Notes: generated by a model not told the origin, from the letters alone. Shown: positions 46,178 through 55,472, counted from the first letter of the stretch. The stretch is DNA of 64,000 nucleotides from Thermoplasmata archaeon (GCA_035632695.1 DASQGG010000019.1:3701-67700), one strand, 5' to 3'. Program-made: numbers and translations.

Positions 46178-47290
46178 ATGGCCCAGGAGGAGCTGCTGCG
46201 GATTGTCGACCTGGACGGGACGTACGACTCGAAGCGGGAGCCGAAACTCCCGGCGGAGACCCTGATCCGAGGCTATCGAAACCTCCTCCTGATCCGTGTG
46301 CTCGACGGCCGCATGCTGTCCCTCCAGCGGCAAGGACGGATCGGCTTCTACGTCCCGAGCACGGGCGAGGAGGCGTGCCAAGTGGGGAGCGCCCTCGCGC
46401 TGAACCGGGAGGACTGGGTCTTCCCCGCGTACCGCGAGCCCGGGTGCGCCCTGACGCGGGGGCTCGACCTCAAGCTCATGATTGCCCAGGAGTACGGGAA
46501 CAGCCTCGACGTGAACAAGGGTCGGCAGATGCCCAACCACTTCGGGTGGCGGTCCATCAACTACGTCTCCGCCTCGAGCCCCGTGGGCACGCAGATCCCC
46601 CATGCGGTCGGCACGGCGTGGGCCGCGCAGATCCGGGGCGACAAGCTGGTCACCCTCGTCTACTTCGGCGACGGGGCGACGAGCGGGAGCGACTTCCACG
46701 TCGGGATGAACTTCGCGGGCGTGTTCAAGACGCCCACCGTGTTCTTCTGCAAGAACAACCAGTACGCGATCTCCTTGCCCATGGCCCGACAGACCGCGGT
46801 GAAGTCCCTCGCGCAGAAGGCCCTCGCGTACGGGTTCGAGGGCGTCCGCGTGGACGGGAACGACCTCCTCGCTGTGTACGCGGCCACGAAGGCCGCGGCG
46901 GACAAGGCGCGCGCGGGCGGTGGCCCGACGATGATCGAGGCGGTCACGTACCGGTTGGGGCCGCACTCCTCGAGCGACGATCCCACGCGGTACCGCTCCA
47001 AGGAGGAGGTCTCCGAGTGGCAGCGCCAGGATCCCGTGGAGCGCATGCGGAAGTACCTCGAGCTTAAGGGGCTGTGGACGGAGGAGCGGGAGGCGTCCCT
47101 GAAGAAGGAGCTCGATGACCTCATCACGGCCACGATCAAGGAGGTCGAGCGGGCGCCGCCCCCCGCGCTCGAGAGCCTCTTCGCCGACGTGTTCGAGGAG
47201 CTCACGCCCGCGCTGAAGGACCAGATGGAGGAGTACCTGAAGAGCGGCGAGCGGCGGCGTCCGGAGATCCTAGACAAGTTCCCCCTCTGA
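46178..47290 (+). CDS. Second (orphan) 2-oxoacid dehydrogenase E1 alpha subunit paralogue, located 3 bp after lipA.
   Basis: It is clearly paralogous to the 32058-33170 product (LQRQGRIGFY, YFGDGATSGSDFHVGMNFAG, YRLGPHSSSDDP). No E1 beta gene follows it. Confidence 0.85.
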   Translation: MAQEELLRIVDLDGTYDSKREPKLPAETLIRGYRNLLLIRVLDGRMLSLQRQGRIGFYVPSTGEEACQVGSALALNREDWVFPAYREPGCALTRGLDLKLMIAQEYGNSLDVNKGRQMPNHFGWRSINYVSASSPVGTQIPHAVGTAWAAQIRGDKLVTLVYFGDGATSGSDFHVGMNFAGVFKTPTVFFCKNNQYAISLPMARQTAVKSLAQKALAYGFEGVRVDGNDLLAVYAATKAAADKARAGGGPTMIEAVTYRLGPHSSSDDPTRYRSKEEVSEWQRQDPVERMRKYLELKGLWTEEREASLKKELDDLITATIKEVERAPPPALESLFADVFEELTPALKDQMEEYLKSGERRRPEILDKFPL

Positions 47291-47330
47291 CCGCGTGCCG
47301 TTGCGGCGGCCCGAGTCTCGATATTGATTA

Positions 47331-47344
47331 TCCGAGGACAAGGG
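47331..47344 (+). promoter_or_regulatory. BRE/TATA-like element AAGGGTTATGGCGG; the downstream small zinc-ribbon gene would be near-leaderless.
   Basis: The element centre lies about 36 bp upstream of ATG 47375. An identical core, AAGGGTTATGGAC, occurs at 54697 upstream of the VOC gene. Confidence 0.35.
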
Positions 47345-47374
47345 TTATGGCGGGGTCCCCGTGTTCCCACGCGA

Positions 47375-47584
47375 ATGGCCCCCGACGCGTGCCCTTCCTG
47401 CGGGAAGCCCATGACGAAGGGGTTTCTGGTCGCGGAGAGCTTCGTCGAGGGCGCCAAGTGGATGACCGAGAAGAGCCGCCTGGCCCGCGGCGGCGAAGTC
47501 CTCGTCAAGCCGGACGGATGGGGCAACGTGTACATGGACGCCGTGCGCTGCACGGGATGTCGCCGGGTCATCGTGCAGTACTGA
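47375..47584 (+). CDS. Small zinc-ribbon protein (69 aa; CPSCG...CTGC).
   Basis: The product MAPDACPSCGKPMTKGFLVAESFVEGAKWMTEKSRLARGGEVLVKPDGWGNVYMDAVRCTGCRRVIVQY carries a C4 motif. Codon third positions are GC-rich. Confidence 0.4.
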   Translation: MAPDACPSCGKPMTKGFLVAESFVEGAKWMTEKSRLARGGEVLVKPDGWGNVYMDAVRCTGCRRVIVQY

Positions 47585-47593
47585 GGCGCGGGC

Positions 47594-48724
47594 CTAGCGG
47601 GCCCGCTTCGCCAGCCGCGTCGTCGCCGCAGCGATCGCGGATCCCATCTCGCTCGTCTTCGCGGACCCGCCGAGGTCGTACGTAAGGCGTCCCCCATCCC
47701 GGAGGACGTCTTCCACGGCCTTCTCGACGACCACCGCGGACTCCTGAAGCGCCTTGTCGTTCCTGCGGCGGCCGAGCCACTCGAGCATCATCTGGGTCGC
47801 GAGGATCATGGCGGTCGGGTTCACGACGTCCTTGCCCGCGTACTTAGGCGCGCTCCCGTGGATGGGCTCGAACATGGCGTGCGCGTCGCCCACGTTCCCG
47901 CCCGCCGCCATCCCCATTCCGCCTTGGAGGACCGCGGCCAGGTCCGTGGCGATGTCCCCGAACACGTTCGACGTGACCGCCACGTCGTAGGACTCCGGGG
48001 TGCGCACGAGCCACTGGAGGAAGGCGTCGATGTACGCGTAGTCCCGCTCGATCTTCGGGTAACCCCCCGCCACTTCGTCGTAGATCGCGCGGAACAGCTT
48101 GCAGCCCGCGGTCACGTTGGACTTGTCCACGCAGGTCACGCGGTGCTTCCCGTCCGCGGGGGCCCCCGTCCGCGTCGTGGCCAGCTCGAAGGCGAACCGG
48201 ATCACGCGCTCCGCGCCCTTGCGGGTGATCACACGGCTGTCGATGGCGAGCTCCTTGACGCCACCGCGGTCCAAGAAGCCGCGCGTCGGCGTGTACAGGC
48301 CCTCCGTGTTCTCCCGGACGATCACGAGGTCCACCTTGCCGGGCTCCCACACCTGCTTGAACCCGTTGTGGACCTTGTGCCGCACGTTCGGGTACAGCTT
48401 CGTCGGGCGCACGTTCGCGTACAGGTCGAGGCCGAAGCGCAACCCGAACAGCACGTTGATCCCGGCGATCTCCCCGTTGGGGAGGTTCGCGTTCGGGAGG
48501 CCGACCGCGCCGAGCAGGATTGCATCCGCGGCCTTGCACGATTCGAAGGCGCCGTCGGGCCACTCCTCCCCCGTGTCCAGATAGTGCTGCCCGCCCGCGG
48601 GATACGGGACCAGGTCGAAGGACACGCCGTACGCGTCCTCCACGGCCCGGAGGACCTTCACGCCCTCGCGCATGACCTCGGGTCCCGTGCCGTCTCCCGC
48701 CAGAAGGACCAGCCGGTACGCCAT
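47594..48724 (-). CDS. leuB: 3-isopropylmalate dehydrogenase (isocitrate/isopropylmalate dehydrogenase family). The start is trimmed to MAYRLVLLAGDGTGPEV.
   Basis: IMDH/ICDH family motifs are present (AGDGTGPEV, NLFGDI-like NVFGDIATD). It is the last gene of the leuC-leuD-leuB operon. An inverted TATA-like CCTTATCTGG is centred about 27 bp upstream. Confidence 0.8.
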   Translation of the reverse strand: MAYRLVLLAGDGTGPEVMREGVKVLRAVEDAYGVSFDLVPYPAGGQHYLDTGEEWPDGAFESCKAADAILLGAVGLPNANLPNGEIAGINVLFGLRFGLDLYANVRPTKLYPNVRHKVHNGFKQVWEPGKVDLVIVRENTEGLYTPTRGFLDRGGVKELAIDSRVITRKGAERVIRFAFELATTRTGAPADGKHRVTCVDKSNVTAGCKLFRAIYDEVAGGYPKIERDYAYIDAFLQWLVRTPESYDVAVTSNVFGDIATDLAAVLQGGMGMAAGGNVGDAHAMFEPIHGSAPKYAGKDVVNPTAMILATQMMLEWLGRRRNDKALQESAVVVEKAVEDVLRDGGRLTYDLGGSAKTSEMGSAIAAATTRLAKRAR

Positions 48725-48800
48725 GTGGCCGTGCGGAAGCGCAGAGCCCAGATAAGGGTTCGCGCGGGGACCGGGAGAGACCACGACCGTCCCGAGGAAA

Positions 48801-48820
48801 TCAACCTTGTTTAAGGTTGA
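48801..48820. promoter_or_regulatory. Perfect palindrome TCAACCTT-GTTT-AAGGTTGA in the leuD-leuB intergenic region. It is a candidate operator or internal promoter element.
   Basis: An 8-bp inverted repeat with a 4-bp spacer is seen directly. It is the most AT-rich spot of a 141-bp intra-operon gap. Confidence 0.35.
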
Positions 48821-48865
48821 CTTGCTGGGGCGTGTAGAACGGCTCGCGTGGGGTCTGCCACCCGC

Positions 48866-49372
48866 TCACGCGCTCTTCGCGGCCAGATCGGCGCGGAGCT
48901 TGGGCACGAGGCCGCCTGCATTCAGAATCTCCAGGATGTTTGGCGGCATCGGCTGGAACGGGATTCGCTCCCCCGCCGGCAGGACGACGTGGCCCGAGGC
49001 GAGGTCCACGGTGATCGTGTCCCCGTCCTTCACGCGGTTATGAAGGCCCGGGCACTCGACGACCGGGAAGCCGATGTTGATCGAGTTCCGGTAGAAGATC
49101 CGCGCGAACGTGTTCGCCACGATGCAGGAGATGCCTGCGGCCTTCAGGGCGATGGGCGCCTGTTCCCGGCTCGAGCCGCATCCGAAGTTCGTGGCGGCCA
49201 CGACGAGGTCGCCCGGCTTGACCTTCTTCACGAACTGCGGGTCCACGTTCTCCATGGCATGTTCCGCCAGGACCTTCGGGTCCGTCGACGTGAGGTACCG
49301 ACCCGCGATGATGTGGTCCGTGGAGATGTCATCCCCGAACTTCCACACGCGGCCGGAGAACTTCGTCTGCAT
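48866..49372 (-). CDS. leuD: 3-isopropylmalate dehydratase small subunit. The start is trimmed to MQTKFSGRVWKFGDDISTD.
   Basis: An aconitase swivel domain is present (KFGDDISTDHIIAGRYL...VAATNFGCGSSREQA). Confidence 0.8.
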   Translation of the reverse strand: MQTKFSGRVWKFGDDISTDHIIAGRYLTSTDPKVLAEHAMENVDPQFVKKVKPGDLVVAATNFGCGSSREQAPIALKAAGISCIVANTFARIFYRNSINIGFPVVECPGLHNRVKDGDTITVDLASGHVVLPAGERIPFQPMPPNILEILNAGGLVPKLRADLAAKSA

Positions 49373-49374
49373 GC

Positions 49375-50637
49375 CTAGATCCCTCGTGGATCCGTGATCT
49401 GCCCGTAGACGGCCGAGGCGGCCACCGTGTAGGGCGAGGCCAGGTACACCTGGGCCTCCGGACTGCCCATCCGCCCCGGATAGTTCCGGTTTGTCGACGA
49501 GATGCAGACCTCTTTGGGCCCCAGGACGCCCATGTGGCCGCCGAAGCAGGGTCCGCACGTCGACGACGTGAACGTCGCGCCCGCGTCGAGGAATACGTCC
49601 GCGAGGCGTTCCTTAATCGCCTGGCGGTAGATCGCTTGGGACGCGGGCGTCACGATCATCCGTACGCGGGTCGCGACCTTCTCGCCCCGCATGATCTCCG
49701 CCGCGGCGCGCAGGTCCTCGATCCGTGCGTTCGTGCACGAACCCAGGAAGGCCATGTCGATCTTCGCACCCGCGACCTCCTCGACGGGCTTCACGTTCGC
49801 GGGGTTGTTCGGGCACGCGACCTGCGGGCCCATCCCGTCCACGTCGAGGTCGTACACCTTCAGGTAGGCCGCGTCCGGGTCCGCGTCGAGCGCCCGGTAG
49901 GCGCCCTTCGCCCCCGCCGCCTCCAGGTACCGCTTCGTTGTCGCGTCCGAGGGCACCATCCCGGCCTTCGCGCCCATCTCCGTGGTCATGTTCGACAAGG
50001 TGAAGCGCTCGTTCATGGGAAGCGCCTTGATCGTGCCGCCGTGGAACTCGACGCTCTTGTACGCGGCGCCGTCGTCCCCGGTCGTCTGGATGACCTTCAG
50101 GATCACATCCTTGGCGCCCGTGCGGTTCCCGAGCTTCCCGCCCACGCGGACGTCGAGCGTCTCGGGGACCTTGAGCCAGAGCTTGCCCGTCGCGAGGACC
50201 GCGGCGGTCTCCGTCGCGCCGATCCCCGCGGCGAAGGCTCCCATGGCCCCCGCCATGTTCGTGTGCGAATCGCAGCCGATGACGAGCTCGCCGGGATGGA
50301 CGTACCCCCGCTCCACGACGAGCTGATGGATGATCCCGTGGTCCCCGACGTCGTGGAAGCGCGCGATCCCCTGGGCCCAGCAGAACTCCCGGATCGCCTG
50401 GTGCATCTTGGCGACCTCGGCCGTCGGCGGCGGCACCCAGTGGTCGATCGTGACGACGCACTTCGAGGGGTCCCAGACCTTTTTCACGCCGATCTCGTCC
50501 CAGGGCTTCAGGGCGAGGGCGAGCATCTCGTGCATGTAGAGCAGGTCCACGTAGCCGTCCACGATCTGCCCCGGCGTCACCGCGGCCTCGTGGCTCGCCC
50601 GGGCGAGGATCTTCTCGGCCATGGTCTGGGCGGGCAT
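49375..50637 (-). CDS. leuC: 3-isopropylmalate dehydratase large subunit. The start is set at MPAQTMAEKIL; an alternative lies at 50622.
   Basis: An aconitase catalytic domain is present (VIGCDSHT, GSCTNARIEDL, CGPCFGG Fe-S ligands). Confidence 0.85.
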   Translation of the reverse strand: MPAQTMAEKILARASHEAAVTPGQIVDGYVDLLYMHEMLALALKPWDEIGVKKVWDPSKCVVTIDHWVPPPTAEVAKMHQAIREFCWAQGIARFHDVGDHGIIHQLVVERGYVHPGELVIGCDSHTNMAGAMGAFAAGIGATETAAVLATGKLWLKVPETLDVRVGGKLGNRTGAKDVILKVIQTTGDDGAAYKSVEFHGGTIKALPMNERFTLSNMTTEMGAKAGMVPSDATTKRYLEAAGAKGAYRALDADPDAAYLKVYDLDVDGMGPQVACPNNPANVKPVEEVAGAKIDMAFLGSCTNARIEDLRAAAEIMRGEKVATRVRMIVTPASQAIYRQAIKERLADVFLDAGATFTSSTCGPCFGGHMGVLGPKEVCISSTNRNYPGRMGSPEAQVYLASPYTVAASAVYGQITDPRGI

Positions 50638-50829
50638 GTCCACCGTCCTACTCCCCCAAGCCGAGGCGGCTCTTAAACATCGGCCATGCGAACGCGGACC
50701 GACGCCTCGTTCGCCCAAGGCGTCGTCGCTTCCCTCCCGTCATGAGGGCCCCGGACGCCAGGGCGGCTCGTCCGCTGCGGCGCGGGTTTAAGTCCGGCCG
50801 GAGCATTGGGCGGCGGAAGGGAGCGAGCG

Positions 50830-52083
50830 ATGGCCCTCATTGCGAAGCGCGGTACCGTCCCGCCGACGCCGCATACGGAGTTCTACGCGGTCCCAGGCGT
50901 TCTGGCCCTCGAGGAGATCCACGGCAGCTACGGCTTCAGCGGACCCTGGTCCCGGAAGATCCACGTGCGGGCGTACCCCACGGACCAGGTGCGGCCGCCG
51001 CGGCGTGGGGACTTCGACCTGTCGCCCGGCTTCCCGCCCGAGGCCGACCTGCTCCAGCCCCATCACATCCGGACGGGCCGGATGCCCTACGAGCGGGACG
51101 CCATCCGCGGTCGCAAGGCAATCGTCGCGGGGCCCCGGACGTCCCTCGCGATCTCGAAGCCTAAGGAGGACATGCTCACGGACACGTTCTTTCGGAACGG
51201 GGAGCGGCACGAGGTCTATTTCGTCCAGGAGGGCGAGGGGCGCGTCCGCACGGAGTACGGCGATCTGCGCTTCCGCAAGGACGTGTACGTGTCCCTCCCG
51301 AAGGGGACCACCTATCGCGTCGAGCTGGACACCGACAAGGCGTGGTTCCTGATCGTGGAGTCCGTCTATCCGATCACGTTCGCGCCGCAGTACTTCAACA
51401 AGGCCGGCCAAGCGACCCTGATGTCCCCCGTGGTGGAGACGGAGGTCGAACTCCCCGAGCTTCCGCCGTTCCGGGACGAGAAGGGCGAGTTCGCCGTGGA
51501 CGCGAAGTTCGGCGGCGGGAAGATCACGCGGCTCACCCTGGGCCACCATCCCTTCGACCTCGTGGGCTGGGAGGGCGCCCTCTACCCGTTCGTCTTCGAC
51601 ATCCGCAGCCACCACGGGATCGCGCGGGAGATCCACACCGCGCCGCCCATGCACCAGACGTTCCAGTCCGGGAACGTCCCGAACAACGGCTTCTCCCTGT
51701 GCTCGTTCGTCCCCGTGATGCAGGGGTGGCACCCGCGCGAGGTGCCCGCGCCGTACGCGCACTTCAACGTGGACAGCGACGAGCTCATGTTCTTCTGCAA
51801 CATGGCCTACGAGGCGCGCAAGGGCGTCATCGAGGAGGGATCCTTCACGTTCCACCCCGGCGCCACGCCGCACAGTCCCCAGGGCAAGGCCGCGGAGAAG
51901 TCGCTCGCGGACCGGGGCAAGGTGTCCCCGCGGCTCGCGGTCATGCTGGACACGTACTTCGAGACCATGCGGATCACCACGGACGGCTGGGCGTTCCGCG
52001 ACCCCGAGTACGTCCTGAGCTGGTCGGAGAACCGCACGACGGCCCAGCCTGCGGCGCCCGGGTGGGAGTCCCCGAGCGCGTGA
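50830..52083 (+). CDS. hmgA: Homogentisate 1,2-dioxygenase. The start is set at MALIAKRG; a TTG alternative lies at 50806.
   Basis: A cupin core matches the HGD pattern, and the C-terminal HxxxxE...HPxGxxPHSP segment (HFNVDSDELMFF...FTFHPGATPHSPQ) parallels human HGD (HRNCMSEFMG...HSTMTPHGPD). The neighbouring FAH-family gene supports the call. A TATA-like GCGGGTTTAAGTCC lies at 50782-50795. Confidence 0.7.
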   Translation: MALIAKRGTVPPTPHTEFYAVPGVLALEEIHGSYGFSGPWSRKIHVRAYPTDQVRPPRRGDFDLSPGFPPEADLLQPHHIRTGRMPYERDAIRGRKAIVAGPRTSLAISKPKEDMLTDTFFRNGERHEVYFVQEGEGRVRTEYGDLRFRKDVYVSLPKGTTYRVELDTDKAWFLIVESVYPITFAPQYFNKAGQATLMSPVVETEVELPELPPFRDEKGEFAVDAKFGGGKITRLTLGHHPFDLVGWEGALYPFVFDIRSHHGIAREIHTAPPMHQTFQSGNVPNNGFSLCSFVPVMQGWHPREVPAPYAHFNVDSDELMFFCNMAYEARKGVIEEGSFTFHPGATPHSPQGKAAEKSLADRGKVSPRLAVMLDTYFETMRITTDGWAFRDPEYVLSWSENRTTAQPAAPGWESPSA

Positions 52084-52096
52084 GCGGAGCGCCACG

Positions 52097-52771
52097 ATGG
52101 AGCCTTCCCTCGGCGAACGGTTGACGGCGACCTCGCCGACGTTCTCCCGGGACCGCCTGCGGACGATCCTGGAGAAGGCGAAGCCGTTCCATCCCAAGGG
52201 CCACTACCTCGAACCCGCGGACCCGCACGGCAACCACCTCGGCGGCTACTTCCTCCTGGATCCCGTGACCGCGGACCGGGGCTTCGTGGAGTGGATCGCG
52301 GAGGACATCGTCGCCTGGATTGTCCGGAACCGCATCGAGTTCGACGTGCTGTTCGCGCCCGCGAACCCGGCGCTCCGGGTCCTCGTGCAGACCGTGTCGC
52401 GCGCGATGGGACGGCCCGCGGCGTACTGGGAGTACCTTCCCAGCGGCCGCTTCGGGGAACGCCTCGTGGAGGGCCGGGTGGATCGACGCGCGCGGGCGCT
52501 GGTGCTCAACGGGGTGAGCCACACGGGGCGGTGCGTGGGCCAGCGACTCCCCGAGTTCGTGGAGCAGCTCGGAGGCACGCGGGCCGCCGCGGCCGTGTTC
52601 GTCAAGGGGAGCGTGCCGAAGGTCGCGGAGATCGAACGGACCCTGGGCCGGCGCTTCTACAGCGCGCTCCGGGTCGACGTTCCCGTGTTCGCGGCGGCCG
52701 AATGCCCGCTGTGCCGGACCGCAGGACCGCCCGTGCCGTGGACCGCCTTGCTCCGGAGCGGGAAGCCGTGA
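52097..52771 (+). CDS. Phosphoribosyltransferase-like domain protein (function unknown).
   Basis: A PRTase-type motif ALVLNGVSHTGRCV is present in a 224 aa protein. The stop overlaps the GTG start of the FAH gene. Confidence 0.4.
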   Translation: MEPSLGERLTATSPTFSRDRLRTILEKAKPFHPKGHYLEPADPHGNHLGGYFLLDPVTADRGFVEWIAEDIVAWIVRNRIEFDVLFAPANPALRVLVQTVSRAMGRPAAYWEYLPSGRFGERLVEGRVDRRARALVLNGVSHTGRCVGQRLPEFVEQLGGTRAAAAVFVKGSVPKVAEIERTLGRRFYSALRVDVPVFAAAECPLCRTAGPPVPWTALLRSGKP

Positions 52772-53766
52772 AGCTCGTCACCTTCTCGAAAGGGCGCGAG
52801 GCACCTCGACTGGGCGCCGCCCTGGGCCCCTGGGATGCGTGGGAAGCCGTCGTGGACCTGCACGGGATCGATCGAAGGTTACCGACGGAGGCCCTGGACC
52901 TCGTCGACGCCGCGGGCACGCTCTCGGGAGGCGTGTGGAGGCGTGCGCAGACTGCGGTCCGAGGTGCCCAGAAGGCCTTGGTCCGCGCTCGGCCCTCGTA
53001 CGCGCACGATCCGGGCCGCGTCCGCCTCCATCCCCCGCTCCGGCCCCGCCTCCTGAGGGACTTCATCGCGTTCCGCGGGCACATCGCACGGACGCGGGCG
53101 TCCCGCGGGGAGAAGGTGCCTGAGGAATGGGATCGCGTGCCCGCGTACTACAACGGCAACCACCTCAACCTCGTCGGACCCGGAGACGTCGTGCCGTTCC
53201 CGCACACAGCGAGCTTCGGCGCGGGCGTATGGAAGCGGCCTCTTTCCCAGAAGCTCGACTACGAGCTCGAGATCGGCTATGTGGTCGCCGCAACCACGGC
53301 GGCGCCCCACCTGTTCGGAGTCACGATCTTCAACGACTTCTCCATGCGCGATCTGCAGGGCCTCGCCGGGCGCGTGGGCATGGGCCCCGCAGCGGGCAAG
53401 GACTGGGCGAACGCGCTGGGACCCTGCCTCGTCACGCGGGACGAGTTCGGTCCCCTTAAGGACAAGCGCGTGGCCGTGCGGGTGAACGGCGTCCAGCGGC
53501 TTGCAGGAAGGCTCCGGGACCTGGTGACTCGCAATCCCCTCCTCGAACCCGGCCAGCGGACCGCGTGGTCGTTCCAGGAACTCGCCACGTTCCTCGCGGC
53601 GACCCAGACGGTCCACGCGGGCGAGGTCTGGGGGAGCGGGACGATTCCGGGCGGCTGCGAGTTCGAGAAGGGGGACGCCGCAGCGTACCTCATGCCTGGG
53701 GACGCCGTCGAACTCGAGGTCGAGGGAATCGGAGTCTTGGCGAACGCGATCGCGGCGGTCTCCTGA
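52768..53766 (+). CDS. Fumarylacetoacetate hydrolase (FAH)-family protein, GTG start. A candidate fumarylacetoacetase or acylpyruvase for the homogentisate pathway.
   Basis: An FAH-fold C-terminal domain with metal-binding acidic residues is present (YYNGNHLNLVGPGDVVPFP, YELEIGYVV, GSGTIPGGCEFEKGD...PGDAVELEVEGIGVLAN). Confidence 0.7.
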   Translation: MKLVTFSKGREAPRLGAALGPWDAWEAVVDLHGIDRRLPTEALDLVDAAGTLSGGVWRRAQTAVRGAQKALVRARPSYAHDPGRVRLHPPLRPRLLRDFIAFRGHIARTRASRGEKVPEEWDRVPAYYNGNHLNLVGPGDVVPFPHTASFGAGVWKRPLSQKLDYELEIGYVVAATTAAPHLFGVTIFNDFSMRDLQGLAGRVGMGPAAGKDWANALGPCLVTRDEFGPLKDKRVAVRVNGVQRLAGRLRDLVTRNPLLEPGQRTAWSFQELATFLAATQTVHAGEVWGSGTIPGGCEFEKGDAAAYLMPGDAVELEVEGIGVLANAIAAVS

Positions 53767-53808
53767 CAAACCGCGCTTGAACTCTCCCCTCGAACGAACC
53801 AAATCCTC

Positions 53809-54609
53809 ATGAGCCGGGCGACTGTTGCGACACCAAGGATGCTCGGGAAGAAGATCGTCGTCATCGGATTTCGAGGAGACAGTGAATTCGATGACGAACA
53901 CCTCGAAGGGACCGCCGTTCGTGAGACGAAGTCGAAGACGTGGGAGGGGAGCGCCGCATTTGTGGTCCGCATGGACCCGTCGAGTCAGGAGAAGCTCAAA
54001 CGACATACCGGCGATCCGACGGAGCTCTTGGTGGACCTCGATGGCGTACCCCGGGATGCGTTCCCGGGAATGCCTGGCTACAAGGGCGGGGCCTTTGTTC
54101 GGCTATGGGGGCGTGGCTCGCGAGCCGACGTCGGGTTCTCGCGATACCTTGGTCGCGGAGAAGCCCTGGAATCCCGAGGCCAAGAGCCGGGGTCGATGCC
54201 ACCGCATGGGCTCCGCACCGAAGCGGAAACCGTGGTCCGACTCGCGAGAAAAGACTTCGGAATTCGGCTGGATCTCACCCTGCGAGGACTGCTCAAAGGC
54301 GCCACAGTCGTAGCCCGGGCGAAGGTTCCCGAGGAGGGGGGCGACTTCGATGTGGATCGTCGGCGTTTTCTGTGGGGAGCGTTCTTCGGCGAATGCCTCC
54401 GTTCTGCGTACGGGGGAGAGTGGCAGAGCACAGGCGGCCGAATCAGGGTCCTAATCCCAAGGAGGGAAGGGATTCCCGTGCAAGTAATCCCGTCTCCGCT
54501 CTTCGACCGGGTGAAAGCGGCCGGGAATGCTTCCCCGGCCCGGGAGCTGGTCAAAAGGCTCCGCGCAGCCCGGCGGTCTCGTGAGCGGGACCTTCCTCCA
54601 ATCCAGTAG
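53809..54609 (+). CDS. Hypothetical protein.
   Basis: It is a 266 aa ORF with GC-rich third positions and no recognisable family motifs. Confidence 0.3.
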   Translation: MSRATVATPRMLGKKIVVIGFRGDSEFDDEHLEGTAVRETKSKTWEGSAAFVVRMDPSSQEKLKRHTGDPTELLVDLDGVPRDAFPGMPGYKGGAFVRLWGRGSRADVGFSRYLGRGEALESRGQEPGSMPPHGLRTEAETVVRLARKDFGIRLDLTLRGLLKGATVVARAKVPEEGGDFDVDRRRFLWGAFFGECLRSAYGGEWQSTGGRIRVLIPRREGIPVQVIPSPLFDRVKAAGNASPARELVKRLRAARRSRERDLPPIQ

Positions 54610-54737
54610 GAGGCTGCTCGCGACCAAGAACGGGTCGGTGAAGCGACACCCTGGATGCCGTGCGAATTCCGGTCATGCGAAATCCCGCCACGCAAGGGTT
54701 ATGGACATCGTCCGGCAATGCGCCGACCGGGGATCCG

Positions 54738-55463
54738 ATGGCTGTTCCCGAATTCTTGAGGCTGAAGCCGGACCACAAGACCGTGCTCACCCGCGACATG
54801 ACCGTGTTCCAGAATCTGCGCGACTTTCTCGTCAGCGACGGCTATCGCGTGGTGTACGAAACGCCCCGCGTTGGCGAGGAGAAGACGGGCATGGCGACCT
54901 CCGCGTTCCACCACCCGTACACGAACGAGCGGATCGCCATGGTCTTCGGGATCGACGCGCCCGACGAGGTGTCCCAGGGCCAGGCGCCGTTCAAGTTCGG
55001 ATTCGACGGGAAGCCCCAGAAGGACGCGAAGACGTACATCCAGCACCTTGCCCTGCGGACCACGGACATCGTCAAGTTCCGCGACTACCTGGAGAAGAAA
55101 GGCGCGGAGTTCCTCACGCCGATCTTCCAGGACAAGGACTCCTTCGGGCCGCTGCTCCAGTGCTTTTCCCGCGAGCTCCTGGACGACGAATGGTTCTTCT
55201 TCGAGTTCCTCCAGCGCGACTACGACGCGGACAAGATCGGCACGAAGTCCGGGGTGCAGTTCGTGGACAAGACGGTCCGCTCCCTCTACGTGACGAAGCA
55301 GGACGAATTCCGGGAGTGGATGAAGACCCACAGGAAGCGCACCTTTCTCGGGAATCTGCCGAAGGCAAGGGCCCGCGAGGTGTTCCACGAGATCATCGAC
55401 AACGTGGACCCCAAGGGGTACCCGCTCACCGTCTGGGCCATCGCGAAGGCGTACAACCAGTGA
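54738..55463 (+). CDS. VOC-family (glyoxalase/extradiol dioxygenase fold) protein with a 4-hydroxyphenylpyruvate dioxygenase-like C-terminal motif. The start is set at MAVPEF on promoter spacing.
   Basis: YIQHLALRTTDIVKFRDYLEKKGAEFLTPIF...LLQCFS...FFFEFLQR resembles the HPPD C-terminal domain (HIAxxxDDI...GxxFL...FFEFIQR). AAGGGTTATGGAC at 54697-54710 is centred about 30 bp upstream. Confidence 0.45.
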   Translation: MAVPEFLRLKPDHKTVLTRDMTVFQNLRDFLVSDGYRVVYETPRVGEEKTGMATSAFHHPYTNERIAMVFGIDAPDEVSQGQAPFKFGFDGKPQKDAKTYIQHLALRTTDIVKFRDYLEKKGAEFLTPIFQDKDSFGPLLQCFSRELLDDEWFFFEFLQRDYDADKIGTKSGVQFVDKTVRSLYVTKQDEFREWMKTHRKRTFLGNLPKARAREVFHEIIDNVDPKGYPLTVWAIAKAYNQ

Positions 55464-55472
55464 CCGCGGCGG

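Noticed and set aside
54660-54737. Longer N-terminus (MRIPVMRNPATQG...) for the VOC/HPPD-like protein.
   Set aside because: The AAGGGTTATGGAC promoter-like element (54697-54710) would lie inside the ORF. The ATG at 54738 sits at the expected distance downstream.
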